Part shown: positions 62,291 through 64,000 of the stretch, piece after piece
Numbering within the stretch: position 1 is the stretch's first letter
Layout: each line of letters starts with the position of its first letter
Assembly (NCBI GenBank): GCA_049999805.1
Contig: JBNGIO010006131.1
Location: 121,884-185,883 of the forward strand
Source: Folioceros fuciformis
Taxonomy: Eukaryota
Reading direction: 5' to 3'
DNA: 64,000 nucleotides
Notes under the pieces: generated by a model
Told to the model about the DNA's origin: nothing
Databases searched by the model: none
The model's input: only the letters and a program-made list of their open reading frames with translations
Program-made: the position numbers and the translations under genes

Positions 62291-63000
62291 TCAGGTGACA
62301 GCTTTTATTTGGCCCAAATCTCCGCGGGGTTTGTGGCGTGCCTGGTGAGTGAAGAGTAGGCAGTCCGGTGCGCACACAGCCTCATGTCCTGTGCCCGCCA
62401 GCCTTTTGAGATAACCATCCTCAGGAGCTTGACTGATTCTGGATTCCTGTTCACCTTCCTCTTCGTCGCCAGGAAGAGTCAAAAGGTACGGTACGCGTCC
62501 ATTCGTGGAAAACGCTGCTGGTGCAAGGATATCCATGTCCTCGAGATCTGCAAGGCGCACCTTAACGCACATGAACGTCTTGCGTCTTGATTCAAAGCTT
62601 AAGGCCATCTTGGAATAAAGCAATTCAGGGTTTGCAATCTGTTGGTTCACAGAGTTGCATTGCAACTGCGTGTGTTGTTTATTGAACCCCTGAGTCTGAC
62701 AAACACATCGAGGTGGGGCACTGGGATATCGATGCACATCTACAATCTTAACCATATCCCGATCGTCGAATTCTGCGCCACACCGAGTGTAGCGTTAAGG
62801 GGGAAATGACACGGCCAGCCTGTGCAATTGCGGCACTGCAATAGCATGATGTACAAACGTCTTCACGATGTCAAGCTCCCCACTCGCTTCCTCCAACAGG
62901 TCGAATTTCCTGAAAGTTCAAGTTCTCCGTTCCTTGTCCAAGTTCTCGACTGGTGGCAAATAGTGGAGGTCACTTGTGACACACCCACATACACAGGATG
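62291..63000 (-). pseudogene. Decayed second GIL1/IRKI-like C-terminal domain
   Basis: One frame reads VENLDKERRT*TFRKFDLL...FVHHAIAVPQLHRLAVSFPP*RYTRCGAEFDDRDMVKIVD, similar to DVDKTREAFFEEFQQL...FVALATALWLLQRLALSF...SGADFNASFMTNIVD; in-frame stops at 62918-62920 and 62795-62797. Confidence 0.5.
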
Positions 63001-64000
63001 TCTGTGATCAGTAATGGGAAAGACTAGAAAGAACTGGGGGCATGGCATCTCTGGAGCGGCAGTTACCACATGAGTTACTGGCAGCCATTCTCAAGTTGAA
63101 GGCAGGCGATGGGAAAGGGGACCCAAGAAAATCTACCATCACGTGACGGCCGGTGAGGACACCAACTGTAGGGTATAAGATTTCTTCAAACTTCCACGAG
63201 AAGGGTTATATTTCATCACAACGGACTCACTCCAGACTCACTCACAACCATCAAGTGCTGATTTGATCAGCACTTGATGACAGCTGTCCCTCGCTGCAGT
63301 GAGACGCCATCGCCGTTCAGGACACCCGGGAAACCGGAGCAAAGGGGCCCGCAGAGAGCACCAAATTTGGTATCTATTTATGTCATCCTTGCCACTTGCA
63401 GTTCCTCCTCCCTCCTGGAAGGGAGCACTCCAACTTGACACAGTCAAGCGTGCGACGGACGACTCCGAGGGTGGGTTCGCATGCATGCTCACCCCGAACC
63501 TTGAAACCTAGTACGGCATTCGCATGTGGTGCCCAAATGACCGACATCGTGCCGGTCCACTTCGAAGTCACCGCCTCGTGTGAGTTTCAAAGGTGGCGTG
63601 AACGGTTTTGGCTTGGGCACCGTTATTGGGATCCCGATATCTACCCCCGGGCCCGTCAGAGGGCTTCAGTTCATGTGCTCGAATCGAAGCGAGAGTGAAG
63701 GTACGTCTTGCACAGCGGTTCCATTATGGTCTTTTTTGCATTTTAATTATATTTTATGCATAGATAAATTAGTATTTTAGAGAAATAATATTGTATTTTT
63801 AATTGGCAGGATTGCTTTAAACCATATTTGAAGATGGACCCCAACAACGTGGTTGCATACACTATAATTAAGGCGTTGGCTTATTTATTAGGTGATACTA
63901 AATATTTGCTAGAATCATTTGATTTACTTCCAAGTTTCATGGTTGGCATACATTATGGTGCATATTATGTGAAGCCAAGGATTCATGACTTGTAGGCAAC

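Overview
Gene-dense eukaryotic nuclear DNA with short introns from a non-seed land plant. A hornwort is my best guess, inferred from the short introns, GC-rich exons and a PPR protein with a WW-type PG box. Several N gaps are present. Recognisable genes: STIG1-domain/extensin chimera (runs off the left edge), tonoplast sugar transporter, signal peptidase subunit SPCS1, CbbY-like HAD phosphatase, PLS-class PPR, AIF/FSP1-like oxidoreductase, plastid aldolase, sucrase/ferredoxin-like protein, LHC-like single-helix protein, SYP1 syntaxin, RUVBL2 and an NHL-repeat protein. A ~1.5-kb inverted duplication carries two intact copies of an unrecognised 6-Cys secreted peptide. A 13.7-kb nested TE block (41460-55187) is a Copia host containing a Ty3/gypsy element with a PHD finger after its integrase and a PIF/Harbinger element. 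The best candidate for a new system is at the right end: two intronless HSPA12-type Hsp70 genes interleaved with one intact and one decayed GIL1/IRKI-like gene whose C-terminus resembles GrpE. This may be a linked atypical Hsp70 plus nucleotide-exchange-factor module. All family calls come from motif recognition by eye; no searches were run.
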